Notes: a model not told the origin generated them from the sequence alone. A stretch of 64,000 nt of DNA from Candidatus Nanopelagicales bacterium (GCA_030830865.1 JAURME010000054.1:12649-76648), one strand, 5' to 3'. Shown: positions 9,807 to 21,492, counted from the first letter of the stretch. Numbers and translations: made by a program.

Positions 9807-10103
9807 ATGGCTACCGACTACGACGCGCCTCGGAAGACCGACGAGGAGCTCGCGGAGGACAGCCTCGAGGAGCTGAAGGCCCGCCGGGCCGACAAGGCAT
9901 CGTCCGCCGTCGACGTGGACGAGGCAGATCTCGCCGAGAGCCTCGAGCTGCCGGGGGCCGACCTGTCGGACGAGAGCCTCACGGTCCGCGTGCTGCCACG
10001 CCAGTCCGACGAGTTCACCTGTGTGAAGTGCTTCCTGGTGCAGCATCGCAGCCAGCTTGACCACGAGGGCAAGAACGGACCGGTCTGCTCCGAGTGCGCC
10101 TAG
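9807..10103 (+). CDS. DUF4193-family protein (acidic N-terminus, C-terminal CxxC...CxxC zinc-ribbon-like motif)
   Basis: 98 aa. EFTCVKCFLVQHRSQLDHEGKNGPVCSECA. RBS-like GAAGAAGGGCAAGGA lies upstream. Confidence 0.8.
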   Translation: MATDYDAPRKTDEELAEDSLEELKARRADKASSAVDVDEADLAESLELPGADLSDESLTVRVLPRQSDEFTCVKCFLVQHRSQLDHEGKNGPVCSECA

Positions 10104-10184
10104 CAGGCAACGGGGCATCTCGTTCTGCAGCAGTCTGAGAGTCAAGAGCTCCGGGACCGGAAGCGGTGAATCTCGGACACGTTG

Positions 10185-10469
10185 TCAGCGATGACGCTCG
10201 CCCAACTGGTTGGCGACGCGGTAGACGGCAACCTCCACCACGGCGGCCGTCGCGGCCGTGACGGCGGTCCACAGCAGAGCCCTGCTGAAGGTCACGGAGG
10301 GATCCCGCGGAGCCGGTGCTGGGCGCCCTGACACCCGCTCGTAACCCGTCGTCATCAGCTTGCGCACCAGCATGGTGGCCCCGATGGCGGCGATCGGTGC
10401 GATGAGGTGGGCGAAGGGATTGATCTCGACGACATCTTGGGTGTCGGGGGTCGCCTGCTCGTCCATCAT
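10185..10469 (-). CDS. DUF4235-like small membrane protein
   Basis: 94 aa. LVRKLMTTGYERVSGRPAP...ALLWTAVTAATAAVVEVAVYRVANQL. Its start overlaps the stop of the upstream gene (10466-10469). Confidence 0.6.
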   Translation of the reverse strand: MMDEQATPDTQDVVEINPFAHLIAPIAAIGATMLVRKLMTTGYERVSGRPAPAPRDPSVTFSRALLWTAVTAATAAVVEVAVYRVANQLGERHR

Positions 10470-10945
10470 TCCTCCAGTCGGGTGCGGTCCGGGTGGTCCA
10501 TCGTTGCAGTGAGGACAGCGGCCAAGCGCTCGGGGTGCCGACTCGTGAGCAGCCAGGCCGGATGAGGATCGTCATCGTCATCGACGTCGATGAGCAGTCC
10601 ACCGGGCGCTGAGGACGGGCGCAGCACTGCGAAGATGCGCGCGTCCGCATGGGACCCGCACAGGGCGGCGATCTCGTCCGGCCCGACAACTCGGAATCCA
10701 CCGACCGCCTCGTGGGGGAGAAGCGCCCCGGCTGCTCGCACTCCCTCGGTCGTGACGCCGACCACTGGCGCCGAGCTCCAGATAAGGGCGCCGCCGACGA
10801 CGACACCGCCCAGCGCGACGAGCCATCCGACCGTCGCGCCCAGGGCGGCGCCATACGCGACCGCCACCATGGTGACCAGGCCGAGACCGACGAGCCACAC
10901 CCACCAACCTGGAAGGAGTCGCTCGCGGTACGGGGAGGCGCTCAT
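10466..10945 (-). CDS. DUF3093-family membrane protein
   Basis: 159 aa. YRERLLPGWWVWLVGLGLV..., two N-terminal TM segments followed by a soluble domain and a poly-Asp run. Confidence 0.7.
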   Translation of the reverse strand: MSASPYRERLLPGWWVWLVGLGLVTMVAVAYGAALGATVGWLVALGGVVVGGALIWSSAPVVGVTTEGVRAAGALLPHEAVGGFRVVGPDEIAALCGSHADARIFAVLRPSSAPGGLLIDVDDDDDPHPAWLLTSRHPERLAAVLTATMDHPDRTRLEE

Positions 10946-11007
10946 GGGACCACTCTGGCACGAGGATCTCGGGGGTTACCGACACGGGAGCCGGTACTGT
11001 CGCCGCC

Positions 11008-11616
11008 ATGGTCACGCCCGCGAGCCAGGACACGACTCCGCCACCGGACGCGGTGATCCCTGAGCGATCGGATCACGCGCCTGCGCCGGGTACGGAGATT
11101 CCGTCCCACTACCGGTGGTGCTTCGGCTGCGGAGACGAGCACCCCACGGGTCTGCACATGAGCATCACGGCCGGAGAGGGACTGACGGTGTCGGGGGTGT
11201 TTCGCGTGTCGGAGCACCATCAGGGGGCTCCCGGACTCGCTCATGGCGGGGTGCTGTCGACGGCCCTCGACGAGATCCTCGGCTCACTGAACTGGCTGCT
11301 GGCCGGCCCTGCAGTGACCGGCCGTCTGGAATGCGACTTCCGCAGACCCGTGCCCGTGGGGACCGATCTGGTCATCGTGGCGGAAGTCGCTGGAGTCAAG
11401 GGTCGACGGGTGTACACCCGCGCCACGGGCCACCTGGGCAGCACGGACGGCCCGGTGGCGGTCCGAGCCGCCGCCATCTTCGTTCAGGTGCCGCTGCAGC
11501 ATTTCGTCGACCACGGATCCGCCGATCAGGTGCGTCAGGCCATCGAGGATCGTGCCAATGGAGGTCCCACCTGGCGGCCGGACGCCGCAGACCATCCCTT
11601 CGAGTTGAACCCGTGA
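11008..11616 (+). CDS. PaaI-family (hotdog-fold) thioesterase
   Basis: 202 aa. [14 protein letters not shown]...[20 protein letters not shown] is a typical PaaI/hotdog core. The stop overlaps the dut start. Confidence 0.7.
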   Translation: MVTPASQDTTPPPDAVIPERSDHAPAPGTEIPSHYRWCFGCGDEHPTGLHMSITAGEGLTVSGVFRVSEHHQGAPGLAHGGVLSTALDEILGSLNWLLAGPAVTGRLECDFRRPVPVGTDLVIVAEVAGVKGRRVYTRATGHLGSTDGPVAVRAAAIFVQVPLQHFVDHGSADQVRQAIEDRANGGPTWRPDAADHPFELNP

Positions 11617-12071
11617 GCGGCGATATCCCGGTCCTCCTGCACCGTCTCGATCCGGATCTCCCCGCGCCTGCCTACGAGCATCCTGGGGATGCGGGACTGG
11701 ACCTGCGGGCACGAGTTGCCGTCGAGCTCGGTCCCGGTGAACGAGCGACGGTGCCCACCGGGATCGCGATCGCTCTTCCCGCGGGCACCATGGGACTCGT
11801 GTGCCCACGCAGCGGCCTGGCGGCCCGTCATGGAATCGGTCTGGTGAACTCCCCGGGCGTCATCGACGCCGGGTATCGAGGCGAGATCTCCGTTGTTCTC
11901 GTCAACCATGACCGCACTACCCCTGTGCGGCTAGCCCGGGGTGACCGGATCGCGCAACTAGTCGTCCAGTCGGTGCTGTCGGCAGAGCTCATCGAGGTCG
12001 AGGGGTTGCCGGGGACACATCGCGGATCCGGCGGTTTCGGATCCACCGGGGGGCACCGCGACGGTTCATGA
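11613..12071 (+). CDS. dut: dUTP diphosphatase
   Basis: Lies in the tail of track ORF 11115..12071. GTG 11613 overlaps the upstream TGA (GTGA). Motifs [27 protein letters not shown] and [10 protein letters not shown]. Confidence 0.9.
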   Translation: MSGDIPVLLHRLDPDLPAPAYEHPGDAGLDLRARVAVELGPGERATVPTGIAIALPAGTMGLVCPRSGLAARHGIGLVNSPGVIDAGYRGEISVVLVNHDRTTPVRLARGDRIAQLVVQSVLSAELIEVEGLPGTHRGSGGFGSTGGHRDGS

Positions 12072-12156
12072 TCGGCAGGTAGCGTTGCCGGCGGATCCGC
12101 GATCCGGATCGTGACCAGGCTGCCGTGGACGCGGCGGCCGGAGGAAGGGTGACACC

Positions 12157-12765
12157 ATGGACAGGCGCGAGCACGGACCGTGGGACATCTCGGAGGTCTC
12201 CGACGACGTGGACCGGCTCGACCTCGGCTCGGTGCTGGTGACGCCGACCGAGGGAGTGAACGTCCAGGTGCAGGCCGATCAGACCACCGGCGCCGTCACC
12301 CAGCTCAATTTCACGCGCACGGACGCCATGGTGCAGGTGCAGCCCTATGCCGCCCCGCGAAGCGGCGGCCTCTGGGAGGACATTCGCGGGCAGATCAAGT
12401 CGTCCATCAATGCCTCTGGTGGACTCGTCGAAGTCGTTGAGGGTCCATTCGGGCCCGAGCTCCGCGCCAAGGTGACCCCGTCGGACGGATCACAGGGACT
12501 GCAGCCGGCCAGGTTCGTGGGAATCGAGGGTCCCCGGTGGTTCCTGCGCGCGGTGTTCCTCGGGCAGGCGACCATCCCGGGCGAGGCGGCCGACGTCCTT
12601 GAAGGGATGGTGCGCAACCTGGTGATCGTCCGCGGCCACGAGGCGATGCCTGTCGGGTCGCCGATTCCGATCCGCCTGCCGCAGCAGGCGACGGAAGATC
12701 TTCCGGCTGCTCCGGCGCCGCCATCACCATTCGAGCGCGGTCCTGAGATCACGGAGGTCCGCTAG
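12157..12765 (+). CDS. DUF3710-family protein
   Basis: 202 aa. GPWDISEV...RLDLGSVLVTP...QPYAAPRSGGLWEDIRGQI...GPFGPELRA. Strong SD GGAGGAAGGG lies upstream. Confidence 0.75.
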   Translation: MDRREHGPWDISEVSDDVDRLDLGSVLVTPTEGVNVQVQADQTTGAVTQLNFTRTDAMVQVQPYAAPRSGGLWEDIRGQIKSSINASGGLVEVVEGPFGPELRAKVTPSDGSQGLQPARFVGIEGPRWFLRAVFLGQATIPGEAADVLEGMVRNLVIVRGHEAMPVGSPIPIRLPQQATEDLPAAPAPPSPFERGPEITEVR

Positions 12766-12767
12766 CC

Positions 12768-13160
12768 GTGGCCGGCACACCCCAGGCCGTCGACCGGCAG
12801 GGCTGGTGGTCCCGCCTGACGCGCAGCAGGTCTGAGCACGAGGCGGCCGAGCTGCAGGAACAACTGCGCGTCGATGCAGATCCCCGGGTGCGACCGATCA
12901 ACGCCTGTACGCCCGGCGACCCGGTCGTCATTCGCGGCATCGTGCGAAGCGTGACACTGCGTCCCCGGAACACCGCCCCTGCCGTCGAGGTCGAACTCGA
13001 CGACGGAACCGGCAGCGTCGCCGTCGTGTGGCTGGGTCGACGACGCATCCCCGGGGTCGATGCGGGACGCTCGATGGTGGTCTCCGGTCGGATGACCTGC
13101 AATACCGAGCACCCCACGATCTACAACCCGCGGTACGAGCTGAAGCCGACCTCCGGATGA
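12768..13160 (+). CDS. OB-fold nucleic-acid-binding domain protein
   Basis: 130 aa. VVIRGIVRSVTLRPRNTAPAVEVELDDGTGSVAVVWLGRRRIPGV...VSGRM. Starts 2 nt after the DUF3710 stop. Confidence 0.7.
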   Translation: MAGTPQAVDRQGWWSRLTRSRSEHEAAELQEQLRVDADPRVRPINACTPGDPVVIRGIVRSVTLRPRNTAPAVEVELDDGTGSVAVVWLGRRRIPGVDAGRSMVVSGRMTCNTEHPTIYNPRYELKPTSG

Positions 13161-13867
13161 GCGACGCGCGCCGGGACGAGGATCACGAGGCGGGGCCTCC
13201 CGTCCCCGCCGCTGATGAGTCGGCGGACGGTGTCGAGTCGGCCGAGGACGTCCGACAGGAGGCCCTTCTTCTGGAGCGGGCTCTCGGCGGATGGCGCGGC
13301 ATCATCGACTCCGGCCTGCCCACGGTGGTTTTCGTCATTGCCTATCTGGTCACCGGCAGCGACCTGCGCCCATCCCTGATCGCCGCCGTGGGAGCGGGCG
13401 TGGTTATCGTGGTCTGGCGACTGGCGCGACGGCAGCCCCTGCAGCAGGTTCTCGCCGGGTTCGTCGGGCTGCTCATCGCTGCCTGGTTCTCCTCACGCAC
13501 CGGCCGAGCGGAGGACGTCTTCCTGCCCGGGATGCTCCTGAACATCGGTTATGGTGCTGCGTTCCTCATCTCGATCCTGGTGCGCTGGCCGCTGCTCGGG
13601 ATCGCCATGGGCTACCTGACAGGGGAGGGCACGAGCTGGCGAGGAGATCCGGACCTGCGTCAGGTGTATGCCGCGGCCTCGTGGATCTGGGTCGGTGTCT
13701 TCGGACTTCGTCTCGTCGTCCAGGTGCCCCTCTACCTCGCCGGTGCAGTCGCCCCTCTGGGCGTCGCGAAGGTCATCCTGGGCTGGCCTCTCTACCTCGC
13801 CGGGGCCTATGCCACCTATCGCGTGCTGGCCCCGGTCTACAGGGCGCGACGGGCGCGCAACTCATAG
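13157..13867 (+). CDS. DUF3159-family integral membrane protein
   Basis: ATG 13157 overlaps the upstream TGA (ATGA). It has an acidic N-terminus followed by about 6 TM segments (GLPTVVFVIAYLV...). Confidence 0.7.
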   Translation: MSDARRDEDHEAGPPVPAADESADGVESAEDVRQEALLLERALGGWRGIIDSGLPTVVFVIAYLVTGSDLRPSLIAAVGAGVVIVVWRLARRQPLQQVLAGFVGLLIAAWFSSRTGRAEDVFLPGMLLNIGYGAAFLISILVRWPLLGIAMGYLTGEGTSWRGDPDLRQVYAAASWIWVGVFGLRLVVQVPLYLAGAVAPLGVAKVILGWPLYLAGAYATYRVLAPVYRARRARNS

Positions 13868-13904
13868 CCGTACGCGCAGCTCGTGGTGGGTCGCGACCGC
13901 TCGG

Positions 13905-14567
13905 TCAGGCGTGACCCAGGAGCCGCTGGAGGTCGCCCTCCACCTCGGCGGACGCCACGAAGAGCAGCTCATCACCCTTGTCCAGCGGATCATCGGGTGA
14001 CGGAGCGATGACCCGGGGTCCACGGACGATGGCGACGAGCGCGGTATCACGGGGCCACACCTGGTCGCCGACCCGTTGGCCCACGACCGGGGAGTCCGCC
14101 GACAGGGTGATCTCGACCAGGTTCGCGTCACCCTGCCGGAACGTGAACAGTCGGACGAGATCGCCGACGCTCACCGCCTCCTCGACCAGGGCGACCAGCA
14201 TGCGCGGGGTGGACACCGCGACGTCGACGCCCCAGGACTCGTCGAACATCCATTCGTTCTTCGGATGGTTCACCCTCGCCACGACTCGCGGCACGCCGTA
14301 CTCGGTCTTGGCCAGGAGAGAGACGACGAGGTTGACCTTGTCATCGCCCGTTGCCGCGACCACGACCTGACAGCCGGACAGGTGGGCCTCGTCCAGGGCC
14401 GAGACCTCGCAGGCATCGGCCATGAGGGTCTCGGCGCCCTCAACGATGCCGGGGCGCGCGAGCTCGGCATCACGGTCGATCAGGAGGACCTGGTGGCCGT
14501 TTCCGACCAATTCCCGGGCGATGGCACGACCGACCTTGCCAGCCCCGGCGATGGCGACGCGCATCAC
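13905..14567 (-). CDS. trkA: TrkA/RCK-family K+ transport regulatory protein (CeoC-like)
   Basis: 220 aa. MRVAIAGAGKVGRAIAREL (Rossmann GxGxxG, RCK_N) followed by an RCK_C-like C-terminus. The start overlaps the stop of the upstream paralogue (14564-14567). Confidence 0.85.
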   Translation of the reverse strand: MMRVAIAGAGKVGRAIARELVGNGHQVLLIDRDAELARPGIVEGAETLMADACEVSALDEAHLSGCQVVVAATGDDKVNLVVSLLAKTEYGVPRVVARVNHPKNEWMFDESWGVDVAVSTPRMLVALVEEAVSVGDLVRLFTFRQGDANLVEITLSADSPVVGQRVGDQVWPRDTALVAIVRGPRVIAPSPDDPLDKGDELLFVASAEVEGDLQRLLGHA

Positions 14568-15229
14568 TCCTCCTCATCCGGACCGGACTCGAACACGCGC
14601 TCGACCCGCTGCCGCATGTGGTCGAGGAATAGGGCGTGCACGAGGTCACCATCCTGAATGACGGTCTCGTGGTCGGGCATGACGCCCTGGCCGTACCTGG
14701 TGAGGAACGCGATACGTGCCCCGCTCGCCTGTCCCAGGTCACTCGATCGACGCCCGAGCCAGTAGGAGCCCACGTGGACCTCGGACAGAACGACCGAGCC
14801 GCTGGGATCGCGGTACTCGTCTTCAGCACCGAGCGGGAGCATGCGACGCATGAACTGGCCGGCCGTCCACGACACCGTGGCGACGGTGGGGATGCCGAGG
14901 CGCTCGTAGACCTCGGCTCGGCGCGGATCATAGATTCGGGCGACGACCTGCTCAACGCCGTATGTCTCGCGGGCCACGCGTGCAGCGAGAATGTTGGAGT
15001 TGTCGCCGCTGCTCACTGCGGCGAAGGCGTGTGCCCGTCGGATCCCGGCGCTCTCGAGGGTTTCACGATCGAAACCCACGCCCGTGACAGTCTGGCCCGT
15101 GAAGTCAGGGCTCAGCTTCCGGAACGCCGTGGGGTCCTGATCGACGACCGAGACTGAGTGACCCAGCTCGTCGAGCCGGTGGGCCAGTTGTGAGCCAACT
15201 CGGCCGCAGCCGAGGATCACGATGTGCAC
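14564..15229 (-). CDS. trkA: TrkA/RCK-family K+ transport regulatory protein (CeoB-like)
   Basis: 221 aa. MHIVILGCGRVGSQLAHRL, and RCK_N plus RCK_C architecture. Confidence 0.85.
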   Translation of the reverse strand: MHIVILGCGRVGSQLAHRLDELGHSVSVVDQDPTAFRKLSPDFTGQTVTGVGFDRETLESAGIRRAHAFAAVSSGDNSNILAARVARETYGVEQVVARIYDPRRAEVYERLGIPTVATVSWTAGQFMRRMLPLGAEDEYRDPSGSVVLSEVHVGSYWLGRRSSDLGQASGARIAFLTRYGQGVMPDHETVIQDGDLVHALFLDHMRQRVERVFESGPDEEE

Positions 15230-15291
15230 GGTTGAACGCTACACGCCCGGCCGGTCGTTCCCGCAGTCGGCGGCGAGTAGGCTCATTGGAC

Positions 15292-17229
15292 GTGCCGGCA
15301 TCGCCTCTGATCAAGCGCCTGTTCGTCGGGCGCGCGCTGAGCAACGAACGTCTCGGCGAGACGATGCTGCCCAAGCGAATCGCCCTTCCCGTCTTCGCCA
15401 GCGACGCGCTGTCGTCGAACGCCTACGCGACCCAGGAGATCCTCCTCGTCCTGGCACTCGGTGGCTTCTCGCTCTACCAGTACGGCGCGTGGGTGGCACT
15501 GGCGGTCGCGCTCGTGTACTTCACGGTCATCGCCTCCTATCGACAAACGGTGCAGGCCTATCCCGGTGGGGGTGGCGACTACGAGGTGGTCTCCGAGAAC
15601 CTCGGACCGAGCTGGGGTGTGTTCGTTGCCAGCGCCCTGCTGATCGACTATGTGCTCACCGTGGCCGTGTCCATCTCCGCCGCGGTCGCCAACCTCGGCT
15701 CCATCATCCCGATCGTCGGGGACCACAACGTCTGGTTCGCGATTGGTCTCATCGTGCTCGTGATGCTCATGAACCTGCGTGGGGTCAAGGAGTCGGGGGC
15801 CTTCTTCGCCATCCCCGTCTACCTGTTCATCGCATCGATCTTCGCGATGATGGGTTGGGCTGTCATCGAACTCGCTGTCTTCGGGGAGACCCTGCTGGCG
15901 GAGAGCGCCGGATGGGAGATCGTGGCGGAGAACTCCTTCGCGGGTCTGGCCCTCGCCTTCCTCGTGGCTCGGGCGTTCTCCTCCGGCACGACCGCGCTGA
16001 CCGGCATCGAAGCCGTCGCCAACGGTGTGCCGGCCTTCCGGGAGCCGAAGTCCAAGAACGCCGCGACCACTCTCGCCCTCCTGGGCGTCATATCCATGAC
16101 CATGTTCGCCGGGATCACGTGGCTAGCTCTGAAGACACAGGTCAAGGTCACGAGCATCGACGCGGATCTCATCGGTCTCCCCGAGGGCCAGGGGCAGAAG
16201 ACCGTGATCGTCCAGATCGCGGATGCGGTGTTCCACCGCAACGGCCTGCCGGTTCTGGTCGTGGCGATCGCGACCGCGACGATCCTTGCGCTTGCGGCTA
16301 ACACGGCGTTCACCGGCTTCCCGGTACTGGGCTCGGTCCTGGCTCGCGACGGATACCTGCCTCGTCAGCTGCACACGCGGGGAGATCGGCTCGCCTACAG
16401 CAACGGCATCATGAGCTTGGCCGCTCTCGCGGTCGTTCTCGTCGTGGTCTTCCAGGCGGATGTCAGCAGTCTCATCCAGCTGTACATCATCGGTGTCTTC
16501 GTCTCGTTCACCCTGAGTCAGATCGGCATGGTCCGGCACTGGAACCGAACTCTTCGGGATGAGACGGATCCTGCGCAGCGGCGTCGGATGTTCCGGTCGC
16601 GACTGGTCAACATGTTCGGTCTGCTCATGACCGGATCGGTTCTGGTGATCGTGCTCGTCACGAAGTTCACCAAGGGCGCATGGATCGTCGTTGTGCTCAT
16701 CCCGATCATCTACCTCACGATGAAGGCGATCAACCGGCACTACGAGCGCGTGCGCACGGAGATGCTCACCTACGGCGACGAGAAGGTGACCCTGCCAGCT
16801 CGCGTGCACGTCATCGTCCTGGTCAGCAAGGTGCACAAGCCAGCCCTACGGGCGATCTCGTATGCCCGGGCCGGTCGCCCGACCGTCATCGAGGCGGTCA
16901 CTGTGGACGTCGACCATGCCGACACCGAGACCCTGCAGCGGGAGTGGGAGCGGCAGGGCATCCCCGTGACCCTCAAGGTTCTCGCGTCGCCGTACCGCGA
17001 GGTGACGCGGCCAGTGCTGGACTACGTGAAGTCCCTCCGTGAGGCGAATCCCCAGGACGTCGTCACGATCTTCATCCCCGAATACGTGGTGGGGCATTGG
17101 TGGGAGCAGCTGCTCCACAACCAGTCCGCCCTGCGGCTGAAGAGCCGGCTGCTGTTCGTACCCGGGGTCATGGTGACGAGCGTGCCGTGGCAGCTCGACT
17201 CCTCGGCTCGGCTCTCGGAGGATGACTAG
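15292..17229 (+). CDS. APC-superfamily transporter of the KimA type (putative K+/H+ symporter) with cytosolic C-terminal domain
   Basis: Motifs LIKRLFVGRAL, ASDALSSNAYATQEIL, YRQTVQAYPGGGGDY, LLIDYVLTVAVSISA, RAFSSGTTALTGIEAVANGVPAF, LAANTAFTGFP, RGDRLAYSNGI and LHNQSALRLKSRLLF resemble B. subtilis KimA as I recall it. Start re-picked as GTG 15292 (TTG 15286 is an alternative); the track start 15190 overlaps the divergent trkA. Confidence 0.8.
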   Translation: MPASPLIKRLFVGRALSNERLGETMLPKRIALPVFASDALSSNAYATQEILLVLALGGFSLYQYGAWVALAVALVYFTVIASYRQTVQAYPGGGGDYEVVSENLGPSWGVFVASALLIDYVLTVAVSISAAVANLGSIIPIVGDHNVWFAIGLIVLVMLMNLRGVKESGAFFAIPVYLFIASIFAMMGWAVIELAVFGETLLAESAGWEIVAENSFAGLALAFLVARAFSSGTTALTGIEAVANGVPAFREPKSKNAATTLALLGVISMTMFAGITWLALKTQVKVTSIDADLIGLPEGQGQKTVIVQIADAVFHRNGLPVLVVAIATATILALAANTAFTGFPVLGSVLARDGYLPRQLHTRGDRLAYSNGIMSLAALAVVLVVVFQADVSSLIQLYIIGVFVSFTLSQIGMVRHWNRTLRDETDPAQRRRMFRSRLVNMFGLLMTGSVLVIVLVTKFTKGAWIVVVLIPIIYLTMKAINRHYERVRTEMLTYGDEKVTLPARVHVIVLVSKVHKPALRAISYARAGRPTVIEAVTVDVDHADTETLQREWERQGIPVTLKVLASPYREVTRPVLDYVKSLREANPQDVVTIFIPEYVVGHWWEQLLHNQSALRLKSRLLFVPGVMVTSVPWQLDSSARLSEDD

Positions 17230-18352
17230 CGATCAGGACTCGTCGTCGATCGTCACCGGCGACGAGTTCGAGGTGGACGTGCTCCGTGTCGCACACGGTG
17301 GACACATGATCGCGCACCACGACGGGCGCACCGTCTTCGTCCGTCACGCACTGCCCGGGGAACGGGTGATCGTGCGTGTCACCGACGTCACCCGGCGGAT
17401 CGTGCGGGCCGATGCCATCGAGGTACTGCAATGGGCTCCCGAGCGGGTCGACCCGCCGTGCTCATGGTCGGGACCGGGAGGCTGTGGGGGATGCGACTTC
17501 CAGCACGTCGAGACCTCGGCTCAGCATGCCCTCAAGTCCGAGGTTCTCGCCACCTCGCTACAACGATTCGGGGGACTGGAAGGCCCGGAACTGGAGGCCC
17601 TCGACCTGACGGTCCATGAGCTCCCCGGACACTCTGACGGTCTGCGCTGGCGGAGCCGGGTCACCTGGGCAAGGGATCCCGGAGGCGTCGTCGGCCTCCG
17701 ACGTCACCACAGCCACGACATCGTGCCTGTCGACCACTGCCTCCTCGCCCGGGAGGACCGCGACGCCCCGGGGGTCGACCTGCCGCAGGGGCGCACGGAG
17801 CATGTTCGCGGCCGGTCCTGGGCCGTCCAGGAGGACACGTTCTGGCAGGTGCACCCGCATCTTCCCGAGGCATTGGTGGCTGCGGTGCTCGACTTCGGAG
17901 CGGTCGCGCCGGGGGAGACGTGGTGGGACCTGTACGCGGGGGCGGGTCTGTTCGCAGCGTTCATCGGCGAGGCGGTCGGGCCCACGGGTGACGTCGTGGC
18001 GGTCGAGGCCGTTCATTCTGCGGTTGTCTGCGGGCTCACAGCCCTGGCCGACCTCGACCGCGTGCGTTTCGACGAGTCCGATGTGCCGCGCTGGCTTGGC
18101 GAGGGCGACCATGAGGCGCCGGACGGTGTCGTACTGGACCCGCCGCGCACGGGAGCGGGGCGCGAGCTCATGGCCATCCTGTGTGAGGCGGAGATCCCCA
18201 GGATCGTCTACGTCGCCTGCGACCCGGTCGCCCTCGCGCGGGACGTGGCCGTCGCACGCGCGCTCGGCTATCGGCTTGCCCGGGTGCGGGCGTTCGACGC
18301 GTTCCCCATGACCCATCACCTAGAGACGGTGGCGCTCCTCACGCGAGCGTGA
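17222..18352 (+). CDS. class I SAM-dependent RNA (uracil-5) methyltransferase, TrmA/RumA family
   Basis: 376 aa. TRAM-like N-terminus, Fe-S cysteine motif CSWSGPGGCGGCDFQH, SAM motif DLYAGAGLF, and C-terminal VYVACDP. The ATG overlaps the transporter's 3' end by 8 nt. Confidence 0.8.
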   Translation: MTSDQDSSSIVTGDEFEVDVLRVAHGGHMIAHHDGRTVFVRHALPGERVIVRVTDVTRRIVRADAIEVLQWAPERVDPPCSWSGPGGCGGCDFQHVETSAQHALKSEVLATSLQRFGGLEGPELEALDLTVHELPGHSDGLRWRSRVTWARDPGGVVGLRRHHSHDIVPVDHCLLAREDRDAPGVDLPQGRTEHVRGRSWAVQEDTFWQVHPHLPEALVAAVLDFGAVAPGETWWDLYAGAGLFAAFIGEAVGPTGDVVAVEAVHSAVVCGLTALADLDRVRFDESDVPRWLGEGDHEAPDGVVLDPPRTGAGRELMAILCEAEIPRIVYVACDPVALARDVAVARALGYRLARVRAFDAFPMTHHLETVALLTRA

Positions 18353-18422
18353 GTGACGTCGCCGCCCGGCGATGCGTTATCTTGACGTCGAGATATCCAC
18401 GCATTGATCCGGAGGGTTTCCT

Positions 18423-21080
<2,658 letters not shown>

Positions 21081-21087
21081 GCCGAGC

Positions 21088-21432
21088 GTGTCGGCGGCAC
21101 CAGCGGGATGGCCGCGAGATCTTCCGCCGCCGGGGACCCAGGAGTTCGAGGAGCGTGTGTGCTCCTGGCTGCTGGACCGTGGCCCGGCGGATCTGCGGAC
21201 CTCACCGGTCCGGGGGATGCCGATCGCCCTCGTGCGCATCGTGGCCCATGCACTGGCGGGTCAGGTCGAGGGCCTGCGGCGTGCCTACGCGACGGCACGG
21301 GTCGAACTTGGCTCGGTGCTCACGCCGGAGGAGCTCAGTCTTGTTCAGGAGGCGCTGCAGGCGCAGGGTGCCCGCCTGGTGCAGGAGAGCCGTGAGGTGG
21401 GGCTCGTCGAGCGTGCTCTGCGTCCCGAGTGA
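21088..21432 (+). CDS. hypothetical small protein (family not recognised)
   Basis: Tail of track ORF 20827..21432 lying downstream of the acn stop. GC3-rich codons suggest it is coding. Candidate starts are GTG 21088, GTG 21157 and ATG 21217. I recognise no motif. Confidence 0.35.
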   Translation: MSAAPAGWPRDLPPPGTQEFEERVCSWLLDRGPADLRTSPVRGMPIALVRIVAHALAGQVEGLRRAYATARVELGSVLTPEELSLVQEALQAQGARLVQESREVGLVERALRPE

Positions 21433-21480
21433 TCCGACGCCCCGGGTGTCTCAGGCAAGGCGCCGGCGGCGTCCATCGCC

Positions 21481-21486
21481 TAGACT
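21481..21486 (+). promoter_or_regulatory. candidate -10 hexamer TAGACT placing the transcription start on the dxs GTG (leaderless mRNA)
   Basis: TAGACT fits the actinobacterial TANNNT pattern. Exactly 6 nt (cgcccg) separate it from GTG 21493, and there is no SD sequence in between. Confidence 0.3.
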
Positions 21487-21492
21487 CGCCCG

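Noticed and set aside
15230-15291. Possible ydaO riboswitch upstream of the KimA-like gene, as in Bacillus kimA
   Set aside because: The 62-nt intergenic region is too short for the riboswitch, which is roughly 130 nt or longer.
18351-18422. Two copies of TGACGTCG (near 18352 and 18383) and a TTGACG -35-like hexamer upstream of acn
   Set aside because: No properly spaced -10 follows the TTGACG. An 8-mer containing the GACGTC palindrome occurring twice is not remarkable at this GC content. There is too little evidence to call a regulatory site.
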